A stretch of DNA of 64,000 nt from Octopus sinensis (Eukaryota), in the NCBI RefSeq assembly GCF_006345805.1, contig NC_043016.1, positions 21,018,001-21,082,000 of the forward strand. Reading direction: 5' to 3'. The position numbers and the translations under genes are program-made. Positions 52,864 to 64,000 of this stretch are shown piece after piece (the stretch's first letter is position 1; each line of letters starts with the position of its first letter). A model generated the notes under the pieces. It was not told the origin of the DNA. It saw only the letters and a list, made by a program, of their open reading frames with translations, and ran no database searches.

Positions 52864-54500
52864 CAGTAATCCCTTGACTATCACAGGTGCTACATTCCAA
52901 AACTCCCTGCAATAAGTGAAAATCCACAAAGTAGAAACAGTACACTTCTGTATATTTTTTAAAATCATTTTCATAATTTGTGTACATTTGTTTTATAATT
53001 TTTATATATTTAAGCTTTTATAAACTCTCCCACACTCTTCGGAGTACCTATCTTTTCTCCTTTTTTGCAGGTGAGAAACATAGTGATGGGTAGTTGCTAG
53101 CACTGCCTTTTCTTCTGTGTAAGGAGGTTTTTATAAGCTTCCATGGTTCCGTCGATTGCATTTCTGAGCTGCAACACATGAATCATCTAGAGGTCTCAAT
53201 CTTCTGCCATTCCTTGAAGTTTTTTTGCCGTTTTTGCTAGAGTTGAGTGGTGTTCTAGTGAAAGGATGACTTCTTTCTCACTTGCTGACTTTGTCATCTC
53301 TGCCAGATCTTCATCTGTTAATGGAGCTGAGTGGGCCTTGATCAGGTTATTAATGTCTTTGGTAGTCATATTGGTGAAACCATCTCCTCCTAGCAATTTT
53401 GCCAGCTTCACTGCAGAGTGGTGAATTTCATCAGGAGAGAATCCTTTATAGTCGTACTCTGTTTCTGGTCACAATTTCTTTCAGCTGACAATTCAAAGTT
53501 TCCTTTATGGCCTTCTGAATTTTTTTGAGACATGTTGCATTGGTGTAACCATGCCAGTACTCCTTCAGCAGGAAGTTATAATCCAAGTCCATCGCCTCGG
53601 CTGGGTGTTGCAGGGAGTTTCACGTATAGAGCACATTAAAAGCATGAATAACATCTTGACCCATGGGTTGGATCAATGATGTTGTGTTCAGCAGTAAGAA
53701 TTCGATTTGTACACCCTCATACAACAGGTCGAGTGCATGACCTCCAGCATTGTCCATTAGGAGAAACACTTTGAATTCCAGTCCTTTTTTGGTAAGAAAA
53801 ACCTTGACTTCAGGGGTGAAGCATTGGTAAAACCAATCTGATTTCAGTGGTTTCATTATCCATGCCTTCTGCTTGTGCATCCAATGCACTGGCAGCAGGT
53901 TCTTATTTTTGTTATTGAGGGCCCTTAGGTTTTTGGACTTATAAATAAGCCCTGGCTTTACCATAAAGCCTGCAGCATTTCCACATATTATAATTGTGAG
54001 GTGATCTTTGCACACCTTAAATCCAGGGGCTCTGGCCTCCTCCTTCATAAGGAAAGTCCACAATGGCATCCATTTCTAAAAGAGGCCAAACTCATCCATA
54101 TTGAAAACTTGTTCATGCAAATATCCCCCTTCCTCAATGATGGTCTTGAACATCTCTTTCACATACTCCTCAGCGGCAGGTTTGTCAGCAGAGGCAGCTT
54201 CTCCATGTAGGGACACACTCTTAAGGTTGAACCTCCTTTGAAAAATTATCAAACCAGCTCTTGCTGGCATTAAATTCGGTTGGTTTGGTGAGAGATGTTG
54301 TAGATGGTCCTGATTCAGGGTCATCTGGGCTGTCATCACCGCCATCCCTAAACTTACCATACAGCTGTCTGGCCTTCTTATGAATGGTGTTGGTATTTAG
54401 TGCAATGTTCTTCTTCCTGCAGTCACTGATCCAAAGGGCTAATGCAGACTTTGTCCTTACAATGGAATTATTGTAAGAAATTATCACCCTTTTCACTATC
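52864..54500 (-). mobile_element. Tigger/pogo DNA transposon, degenerate, one TIR seen
   Basis: TA|CAGTAATCCCT end; VFNMDEFGLF, EEARAPGFK, CGNAAGF, LMDNAGGH, NTTSLIQPM; CENP-B-like FNASKSWF. Confidence 0.88.
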
Positions 54501-54829
54501 TTGTTAATTCATATCTCTGAGCTACTGGTCAGATTTCTAAGTCTAAAGAGTGGGATCAAATTCCATGGACTCACTTCAAAGCTGCTAAGTGCAAGCATGA
54601 ACAGCATCAGAGCACTAGCATAGCTGGGGTGGTGGGGTACTTTTGAATCTGCTATAGGTAATATGTGTATTTTGTGAGGTCTGGGGGTGGCACACACTCT
54701 AGCTAAACTAGTGGATCAGAGCCTGTCAATTTAGGATTGCTTTACATAGTCATTTCAGGACATACTGCTCTTCTTAGTCTTTGGACATGAAGAACTGCCA
54801 TCTTAATTGGAAGTATGTTCACATACAAA

Positions 54830-55042
54830 GTAGTGCAGAAAAGTTCCTGGCTTTAAGGGTGTTGCAGAAGGCCTAGTTGGAGGCTCAACCTTCTGAGTTC
54901 TTTTACAAGGCTTAGAAAAACTGAAGGACCACTGCAAGTGTGTGAATCTGAGAGGAGAATATGTTGAATAAATCATAATTAACTGATCCTCCTCCTGTAT
55001 TTTCTTTTATCCAAAGCTAGGAACTCTTCAGCAACCCCTTCA
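54830..55042. mobile_element. Mariner-like MITE, second copy
   Basis: Reverse complement of 15976-16186. Confidence 0.7.
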
Positions 55043-55399
55043 CAAAAGCCCAGCCATATTTATTTAGTGTAAGCAAAAAGCAAAACTATATGGTTATCTA
55101 TAGTACATTCATACTGTGGCTATTTCTAGAAGTGCACGGGCATATATGTTTGCTCTTGTGCAAACTCTAATTTGAATGTATTTACAATATTTGTTGACCT
55201 ATAAGACTTGTCCTATTTTACAAGTATATTTTGTGGAAGAAACAAATTTACTGTTTCATCATACATCCATTGAAAGATATTTTAAAGTGGTTTTGTAGGG
55301 GGAAATGCTTGAGTCTGTGAAAGTAAATGCAATGCTTTGATAGTGTGCTGGAATAAAGTAAAAAAACAAGTATTTTGTCCTTGCATACAAGCATGTTCC

Positions 55400-55615
55400 C
55401 TATATCTCTCTTCTACTGAGCATTCCTAATCTTACAGGATCACGGGTGCTGGTGCCATGTAAAAAGCACCCAGTACACTCTGTAAAGTGATTGGCATTGG
55501 GAAGAGCATCCAGCCATAGAAACCATGCCAAAACAGACATGAGCCTGGGCAGCTCTTCAACTGGCCAACTCCTGTCAAACCGTCCAGCCCATGCTAAAAC
55601 CAATGTTAAATGATA
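55400..55615 (+). mobile_element. RTE/SINE tail fragment
   Basis: GGTGCCATGTAAAAAGCACC...CATCCAGCC...AAACCGTCCAGCCCATGC. Confidence 0.6.
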
Positions 55616-56669
55616 GTGATGTCAAGAGAATTCCGATACAGGATGCAAAACTCATATTTTTGACTTTGATGTTACACATTACTGCAATCAGCTATCAGGG
55701 TGGCACACCATCTCTATGGTTTTGTTGTCATTCACTCATTGCAAATAGCTGACAGGCAGATGAAAGTGTTTATGTGCCTTTAATCTTTCAATAAGAATTC
55801 TCATTTAGAAACTTAAATAGTTTTTGAAAAGGTAACACTCTGAATAATCTAAGATACATATCAAGTATGAGATATGTCAGGAAGGAGGTATAATGATATG
55901 CAACCTATTCCACATAACTACCAATGTATTGTAAGTGAATATTTGTAAATTTGTACTAACAGACTGTGACAGTATAGCTTGTTCTCAATATTTTATTATT
56001 AGTAACAATTATTGTGCTTAGTGGACTTATGCTGCATTTGTAATATAGCCTCATTTGGTATAATGCTATATGTATACACACACATATAGAAAGTACCACC
56101 AGAAAAGAGCACATCTGGGTTAAAAAAACATCTCTATGCTGATGCTGCTTTTGTCATAAAACACTTAAGAAAATGACACATTTAAGATAACAAGGTCTTA
56201 AGTATGCATGCCACAGAATGAAATAAGAATTTGGGAATTAAAAAAGCCATCATCATTAGCAAAGCCCAATCACATTAACAGCATCAAGCAGCATGCAGCT
56301 GATTGGTTATGCTACCTTATGTAGGTTAAACAATCCTCCATATATACAAATACATACACACATTACAGAGCAGTAAAGCAAGATCATAATACCAAATTTC
56401 TGGAGATTTCTTGAAGAATGGATTTTAACCCCCAAAATATTGAAACAAAAGCTATGTCAGTGGTTTATACTTTTATCTTCTTTCTTATAATTCACAATAT
56501 TTTGCTTTTCAAAAAAATTTAAAAAACATTTTATTTATAGATATAAACACATACATACACATGCATATAAAGGAAAACAAGAACAAAAATATAGTAAAAA
56601 GATATAAAAAATGTTTTATTGAATTCAAAATACATTTACAAACACATCTGAATTACATAAATAATATAT

Positions 56670-56719
<50 letters not shown>

Positions 56720-57679
56720 GCAAATATTTGTATAAACATTGTATCCTTGTATCAATGTACTTATGCATGTGCATATATGTATAAATATACATACACAAAG
56801 TACAAGTATATAAATATCAATGTATGTATCTTTATATTCTTACATCTATTTCTACATTTATATGCTTGTATATTTTAATATCTAAAGACATGCAGAAACA
56901 TCCACTTGCACACAACACACACTGATATATATATATATGTATATATATATATGTATATAAATATATATATATATATATATATACATATATATATAGAATA
57001 TATATATATATGTGTGTGTGTATATATTTAAATACACATTTTACAAAATACAGCATCTACTTAAATATAGAGAGCAAATGAAATACAAATTACACATAAA
57101 TAATGAATGATTATATATTTGTAGTGGAGTAGAGGAATCTACTATAAAGCCACTCAGTGTTATTACATGGAAAAAATAACATAAATACCTCTTTGACAGA
57201 TCTTTAACAATTTTTTGATTTTTGGCCCCTAAAATATTGCGTATATATACCTATGTGCATATACAGGTAGTCATATATTATATATATATGTTTTTGTGTG
57301 TATTATGTAAAAAGAAAAAAAAGGAAAACATGCTTCATCCTTTTCATGCAATGACTCAAAATACTTTTAAAATATTGCAAATAAATGTAAAACGTATTTA
57401 TTGAAAGAAAATATCTTTTTGTATTCCCCAAGATGTACTCACAAATGAGTTTGGATGTATATAAAAGGCTTACAAAAATACCAAGTTAAACGAAAAACCT
57501 GTATATGCATTTACATGTTTCCATACACATACATGTATGTCTGTGTGTAGGGGTTATGTTTGTAAAAATGTGTATATGCACAAATATATATACACATAAA
57601 CATTAACACTTCATTATAGAGGTTTAATAAGCCAGTTCTGTAAAACAGCTTCGACTGCTGCTAAACAACTTTCTCCCTC

Positions 57680-57707
57680 ATATATATATAATAATATATA
57701 TATATAG

Positions 57708-57745
<38 letters not shown>

Positions 57746-58036
57746 GTATGTATAATATATATATATATGTATGTATTATATATAATATGTATGTATATAT
57801 ATATATATGTATGTATATATATATGTATGTATATATATATGTATGTATATATATATGTATGTATATATATGTATATATATATATATATATATTATATATG
57901 TATGTATATATATATAATATATATGTATGTATATATATATGTATGTATGTATATTATATATATATGTATGTATGTATATATATATATGTATGTATGTATA
58001 TATATTATATGTATGTATGTATGTATATATATTATA

Positions 58037-58078
<42 letters not shown>

Positions 58079-58088
58079 TGTATGTATG

Positions 58089-58120
<32 letters not shown>

Positions 58121-58125
58121 GTATG

Positions 58126-58159
<34 letters not shown>

Positions 58160-58160
58160 A
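57680..58160. repeat. (TA)n/(TATG)n field downstream of the septin stop codon
   Basis: Direct inspection. Confidence 0.95.
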
Positions 58161-58485
58161 GTTTATGATCTGTATCAGAGAGAAAGGAAAAGAGATTTTA
58201 AATGCATATTTGTGTTTTGACTATATTGTCAGCAGATTTTACTGTCTTCACAGCAACATGACGTGTGTTTGGTTGTGTGAATTTATATACATATATATAT
58301 GTATATATGCACACACTCACACACACCATTGTATACAAAAGCCATGTAAATATGTGTACTGAGATGCATTTTATATATATATTTATGCATATATGCACAC
58401 ACACACACACAGACACACACACACGCGCGCGCATACTTGCCCGCCACCAAGCACTTCCATCAATCAAGCACAGGTCTCTTTTTGT

Positions 58486-58653
58486 TTACTTCTTCTTGCC
58501 TTTACCCATGGTTGACTGCTGTGCTTGGGTTTGCATTGTAACTTTGCGCTGAGTGAACAAGTTTGATTCTTCTTCCAACTTTCGTTTGCTTTCATCAAGC
58601 TTCTTCTTGTCTTCAGCATGTTGTTTCTTGAGAGCTTCAAAACGAGCATGGAG
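58486..58653 (-). CDS. Septin (SEPT6/8/10/11, Sep2-like) last coding exon
   Basis: TTCCACAG|LHARFEALKKQHAEDKKKLDESKRKLEEE...TMGKGKKK*. Confidence 0.9.
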   Translation of the reverse strand, partial: LHARFEALKKQHAEDKKKLDESKRKLEEESNLFTQRKVTMQTQAQQSTMGKGKKK

Positions 58654-59176
58654 CTGTGGAAGAGTCAGATATGCATCAGTATGTGCACACATAATACATA
58701 CATCTCAATAAATATATTTTGTTGTATCCTGGAAGGGTCCAGTAATAAACACAAGCACTGGTTTTATTTTAGTTCTTTATTATTTGTTAATCGGTACTAT
58801 TTGACCAATTAATTACACAATTGCTTGATTAATCATTCAGTTAGCCAGTCAATCAGTTTTGTTTGTTTATACTATTTGTGACCTCTTCAGTAACATGACC
58901 TTTCTACTCCAGGTCATGTCTGCCTGTCAGATTTTTTGGATTCGATATTTATGTGAGTGAGAAGAAGAAAGAAAGAGAGAGTATATATGTTGTGAGTGTT
59001 CGTTCATGTTATAATAATTCATGTGGATCAGGAGATGGGAGCTGTAGAAGGGGTAGAGTTAACTGGACAAACACATGTACATACAAATATGTATATAAAC
59101 ATACTCATATACATACACACACACACACACACATATACTTCGTACACACATATACAATAAATACAGTTGCACTAAC

Positions 59177-59308
59177 CTCTTTCTCAGCGTCTTTAAGTCA
59201 GCTTCCTTCTCTTTAACACGAATGACAAATGTCTGACGCATCTCCTCTTCTTTCTTCTGCAATTCATTCATGTGCTGTTGACGTTTCAGTTCATATGTTT
59301 CAGACAAG
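59177..59308 (-). CDS. Septin coiled-coil exon; one base short
   Basis: TTTTTAG|[40 protein letters not shown]..|GTTAGT; 132 nt where splice phases require 133. Confidence 0.88.
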
Positions 59309-59990
59309 CTAAAAAGATTTGTATACACATAGATCTATGTATATATATATATTGATACATATGTGCACATACACAAAAAACAAACATGAATATGTGCACA
59401 TATACATATTATTGGTTTAATGCCTACTTTCCAAGTAAGGGATATTTCATTCTATTTGTCCTCATAAAATGCCAATTACAGGATAAAATATTAAGTCTTG
59501 AAATGACCTCCCCATTTTTGTGTGAATTATATCAGAACATTTATGCACATACACATAACTACAAGAGGGAGTTTCTGTATACCAATTCCACTCATAAAGT
59601 ATTGATAAGCCCAAGGTTAGAGTAGAAGTCATGTGTCCAGGCTGAGAAATAGAACAGTAAACCACATGGTTATGAAGTAGAATGGCATATCCACACAACC
59701 AGGCCCATACCTAGGTATGTATATAAGTATCTACACACATAGAAGTTGTTGACTCATTCACTACAACCAACTTGCTAAAATTACAGACTGTTAAATTCTG
59801 AAGGCACTACAATAAAATTACAGTAGTGACTTCACCTCTTAGATTCTCATTGCAACAAAAACATAGAAGTAACTATATGACACTTCAAAGAATGTCAAAA
59901 GATTCAGTTAGACATGACAATTCCAATTACTTCTGCCTTTATTAGACCTTCCATGCCTCCAAAAAAGAACACTGTAGTTACTGTACATAC

Positions 59991-60146
59991 CTCTTAGATT
60001 CATTATCAGAAAAGCCCATAGCTTGGAGCTTGTGCCTGCGGTAGAGCTCATAGTGCGTACGATGGGTTGTCTCACGTAGATCCTCCATATTGGTTCGTAT
60101 CAGCATCTCTCTGAGTTTCACAAAGTCACAATGGTTTCATTCTCCA
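59991..60146 (-). CDS. Septin GTPase-domain C-terminal exon; one base short
   Basis: CAG|[47 protein letters not shown]|GTATGT; 156 nt where 157 are required. Confidence 0.9.
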
Positions 60147-60909
60147 CTGGTGGTAAGAAAAGTTTACATAATTATTGTATGTGTGTATACATGTAGTATG
60201 TGTTTATGTGAATGAGGAGATAGTTTTCCTTTAAATTTGCTCATTTTCTTTCAAGCAAGCTTGTGAATCTACAATCAGCTTTGTTTAATGTTTTGTTGCA
60301 AATATATTCTTTTGTCTCTCATCTTATCTAATGGCAGTGGTCATGTATACTGTACATAGATTTGTTTCTCCTACTCATTTCAATTCTTGTGTGATATACT
60401 ATATAGATTATCAATCTATACATGTTTCATGTGTAACCACTAAAACTAAAATTATGAATTTCAAATAGCATTAGATTCTCAGAGTTTACAGCATGATAGC
60501 CTGTGCCTTTCTAAACCCTTTTCCCTAACCTTCTACCCCACTCTCTTATAATGGTTTTTGAATCACCTGAACTTACTCATTATGAACCTCTTCCTTCTTT
60601 ATGTATAAAAAATGCAATATTTGGTGAGGGGGATGCCCGTCTACTACTATCACGAGCATGCATAGGTTTGTACGTTGCATATATGTATGCATGTGCATTT
60701 ATATATGTGGATGTATATATATGTATATGTGTGTGTGGATACATATACTTAGTGGAGGGATTTTTTCATGCCTTGCAAGTTACATAGCAAAGTTGCTAGT
60801 GCTGGTGGCATGAAAAAGTCTTCGGCCATAATCATGCTGAAGCTAACATTGGAATTTGAAGTAACTCTGTGGCTAGCTGGATCTTATCAAACCATTCAAT
60901 CCATGCCAG

Positions 60910-60965
<56 letters not shown>

Positions 60966-60984
60966 TGGCATGGATTGAACGGTT

Positions 60985-61015
<31 letters not shown>

Positions 61016-61639
61016 GTACGTACATACATACACACACTGCAATTTGACTTGGAGCTAACCACTGCTTGATTATTCTCTTAAAGCAACAAAGATGTGGCTT
61101 TTCAGTCTGCTAGTGACCTACACAATTACAGATGTGGTAATGATGGGTACCACTTACAGCAGAAGTTCTGACACAAGCCTTCTTTCCATCATGGAATTTT
61201 CATTGAGTATTTTGCCTTTGTTTTTGGCCTACTGCACCCATAGAATGCAATACAAAACAGATTTTTAAAATCAAGCAATGACTATGCCTGAAGGTTTTTA
61301 AAGTGTGGAATGGCCTTACATAGGGAAAAGCCTTCTAAACAACTCATGCATTTTCCCAAAATGAAGTAGATTACATCACTGGATGCAAACAAAATCACAG
61401 GTGTTACAAAGATTTTCTTCAAGAGAGAGGGCTAAACAAAGACTAGGGGTTTCCCCTCAGTTGTTGGATAGCTAGGGACTCTTCTGAGTTCATCTGACCC
61501 ATAACAAACTTTTGTCTTTTCATCCTGTAGATTGGCCAATGAAAACAACCCTCTTTAGCAAGTGACTAATACACACAAACACACACATATTTGTAAATAT
61601 ATATGTGTGCACATATAAGCATAAATACAAATATATATG

Positions 61640-61790
61640 TGCAGGCGTGGCTGTGTGGTTAAGAAGGGTGCTTCCTAGTCATTATTTTGAGTTCAGTCCC
61701 ACTGCATGGCACCTTGGGCAAGTATATTCAACTACAGCTCTGGGCTTACCAAAGTCTTGTGGTAGACAGAAACTGAAAGAAGCCTGATGT
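61640..61790 (+). mobile_element. Degenerate SINE B 5' part in a septin intron
   Basis: GCAGGCGTGGCTGTGTGGTTAAG...GAGTTCAGTCCCACTG...GAAACTGAAAGAAGCC. Confidence 0.7.
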
Positions 61791-62243
61791 GCACATAAGT
61801 ATGATTGCACTACTTTGACTTGACATCATGCGATAGTGTCACTGTCATACAAGTAGTGTCATTCATTTCCAATTTTCTTTAAGAACATGTCTGGTCATGG
61901 GGAAATATTACCTTACTTGGAAACAGGTGAGAGTTGGCAAGAGGGAGGGCATCCAGCTGTATAAAATCTAACCAAATAACTCCATCTGACTCATGCAAGC
62001 AAGGAAAAAAACCGATTATCAGGCTGATCTGCATATATGTACAGATACACATACATGGCATACACACACACAAGTTGAACTCGGTTATGATTTAAACTTT
62101 TGACACAGATTTCTAACTGAGTTCTTTATTCTAAGTGACCTGATAACATTCTTTTGAGTTTGTTATCTATTATATATTTGTGTGCACATACACATACACA
62201 TTCATGTATATTCACAGACACTGATGCATAGATGCACACTTAC

Positions 62244-62340
62244 CTTGGACAGTACCCCAGGGATATTGCCTGGCCTTCACCATCTTGTTGCCAACCTTGA
62301 CTTCATCATTACTACCGACAACAGCAAAAGGCAGATGACC
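62244..62340 (-). CDS. Septin unique element exon
   Basis: TACAG|[32 protein letters not shown]|GTAAGT; PFAVVGS and RQYPWG are septin signatures. Confidence 0.95.
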
Positions 62341-63049
62341 CTGTAATGAGTTGTATAGTACAATATTAATAATACTAATAATAATAACAACACACGTGAA
62401 AAAATTAGTACCCATGAATATAACAGAACTCACAATGCACATTCTGCACAACCTTCAGACAAAACACAACACTAGAAAAAAAAAACAAAAAAAATGGATA
62501 TAGCATATAAATGCAATTCTCCAGGTTCTAAAAACAATGCTGCACACTCCTTGGGCATCCAAAGGTGCACTAGGTGGTACAGTGGAAACTGACATGAAGG
62601 TGTTGAAAATGAGATGTTAATAATAAGTATAACAAAAATTACAATATTAACAAAACACTTTCAGAAAGTTTTGAGTTTAAGATTATTGTAATAGTCAGCT
62701 TTTTAGTATTATATTTAATCAAGCTTCAGGTGATTTCAACTATTACAGAAAGCTGAATGAAACTTGAATCATTCCCCTGTCATTCTGAAAAATTATCTAG
62801 AAATATTAGCAAGAATATTTTCAGAATATTTTCCAATAAAGAAACAACTGTATAACTGAATTTTACAATAAGACTAAGGAAAAACACTTTTATAGGTAGG
62901 GTCAATTACATTCTCCAATAAGCACACATAGCAATATATTTAGCATAAATTCCATAAAAGTTTTAATAAAAATAACTTTACAGTAAGTTATGCTTCTTCA
63001 TTAATCAGGATTGACAAGAAGAAACTGGTCCTGTCTACATGTTTCATTT

Positions 63050-63260
63050 CCTCAATACAATAGCTGCCAAAGAAATATATGCTTCCTAAATATCAAATAC
63101 TTTCAGAAGAGTGTTGTATACTGCACTAAGGTCACCACCAATAACAACAACTCAAAGTGCTACATAGGTGTCATTGAGAATAGTTGTAAATCCATATACT
63201 TAGCACATATGTTTAGATAAAACAATAAAAGAACCATATCAACACTCAATAAATGCATCT
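63050..63260 (+). mobile_element. Penelope GIY-YIG endonuclease relic
   Basis: KSVVYCTKVTT...KCYIGVIENSCKSIYLAH. Confidence 0.5.
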
Positions 63261-64000
63261 GAAATTTTAAACAAACTGTAAATATTGATTGGTTCATTAT
63301 TGAATCTGCTCCTACCTACATCAATGGTTAAGAGAAAAAATTGCCACTTTGCACATTAAAAAAAATCAGACATCATAACATCCACTTGTTAATTTTTTAT
63401 TGGAGTCAATTTCATACCCTACAAAGGGGTATGAAAAAAAAAGATCAGTTCTTTAAATAATCTACCAAATGATTTTGTACATATTTTCTTAAAATAACTT
63501 TAGATCGTGTCACACACTTGTCTTTACCAATGGATCTACTGTATTACTTTCCCATAATGCCTTTACCCTCCATTTCTTAGTATTTTCATCTCTTTCCTTG
63601 TAGATTGCAAGGTTATTTCAGTAGTGCCAGCACCACTTAAAACCAAACAAACAAATAACATTGTAAAGTGGTTGGCATCAGGAAAGTCATCAAACCATAG
63701 AACACATGCTGAAGCAAACACTGAAGCACAATGCAGTCTTCCAATTTGTCAAACCAGCCAACATGTGCCAGCTTCTTGGCAAACAAACATTAAATAATTA
63801 TTATGATGATGATAATTCATATCTGTGAATCTGTGGGTGTAGTTTTTACACATGTGAATTATACTTGTATGTTTATGGTGTTTAATTTCACTGAATTTTA
63901 ATAACTTTTTTTTTATCCTTTCCCCTTGCGAAAAAGGCAGATTTTTAAATCGATCAAGAGACACAACAGTATCAATTAATTTGATTAGGAAGAAACAGTT

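Overview
AT-rich, microsatellite-dense metazoan genomic DNA. The SINE/RTE families and repeat content point to a cephalopod, probably Octopus (inference). Two host genes are visible, both on the minus strand. (1) The first coding exon of a MIA/TANGO1-type gene (signal peptide plus LRLCADAECK, GT donor at 23688) is present twice in an ~830-bp tandem duplication; bases 1-23.6 kb are then its presumed intron. (2) The last four coding exons of a SEPT6/Sep2-subgroup septin lie at 58.5-62.3 kb; two of them lack one base in a short base run. Nearly everything else is decayed mobile DNA: RTE, BovB-like, HERO-like, R4-like, Tx1-like, CR1-like and Penelope-like retrotransposons, a Gypsy gag-pol relic split by a solo LTR, ATAT-targeting solo LTRs, Helitrons, a full-length mariner, a Tigger, a hAT fragment, MITEs and at least three tRNA-derived SINE families. 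There is also a 48-bp minisatellite. Most ORFs in the supplied track are microsatellite artefacts. I found no clearly new multi-gene system. The best leads are the duplicated TANGO1 exon, Penelope-type hammerhead relics, a locally templated inverted insertion, an unexplained duplicated ORF-like segment and several intronic foldbacks.
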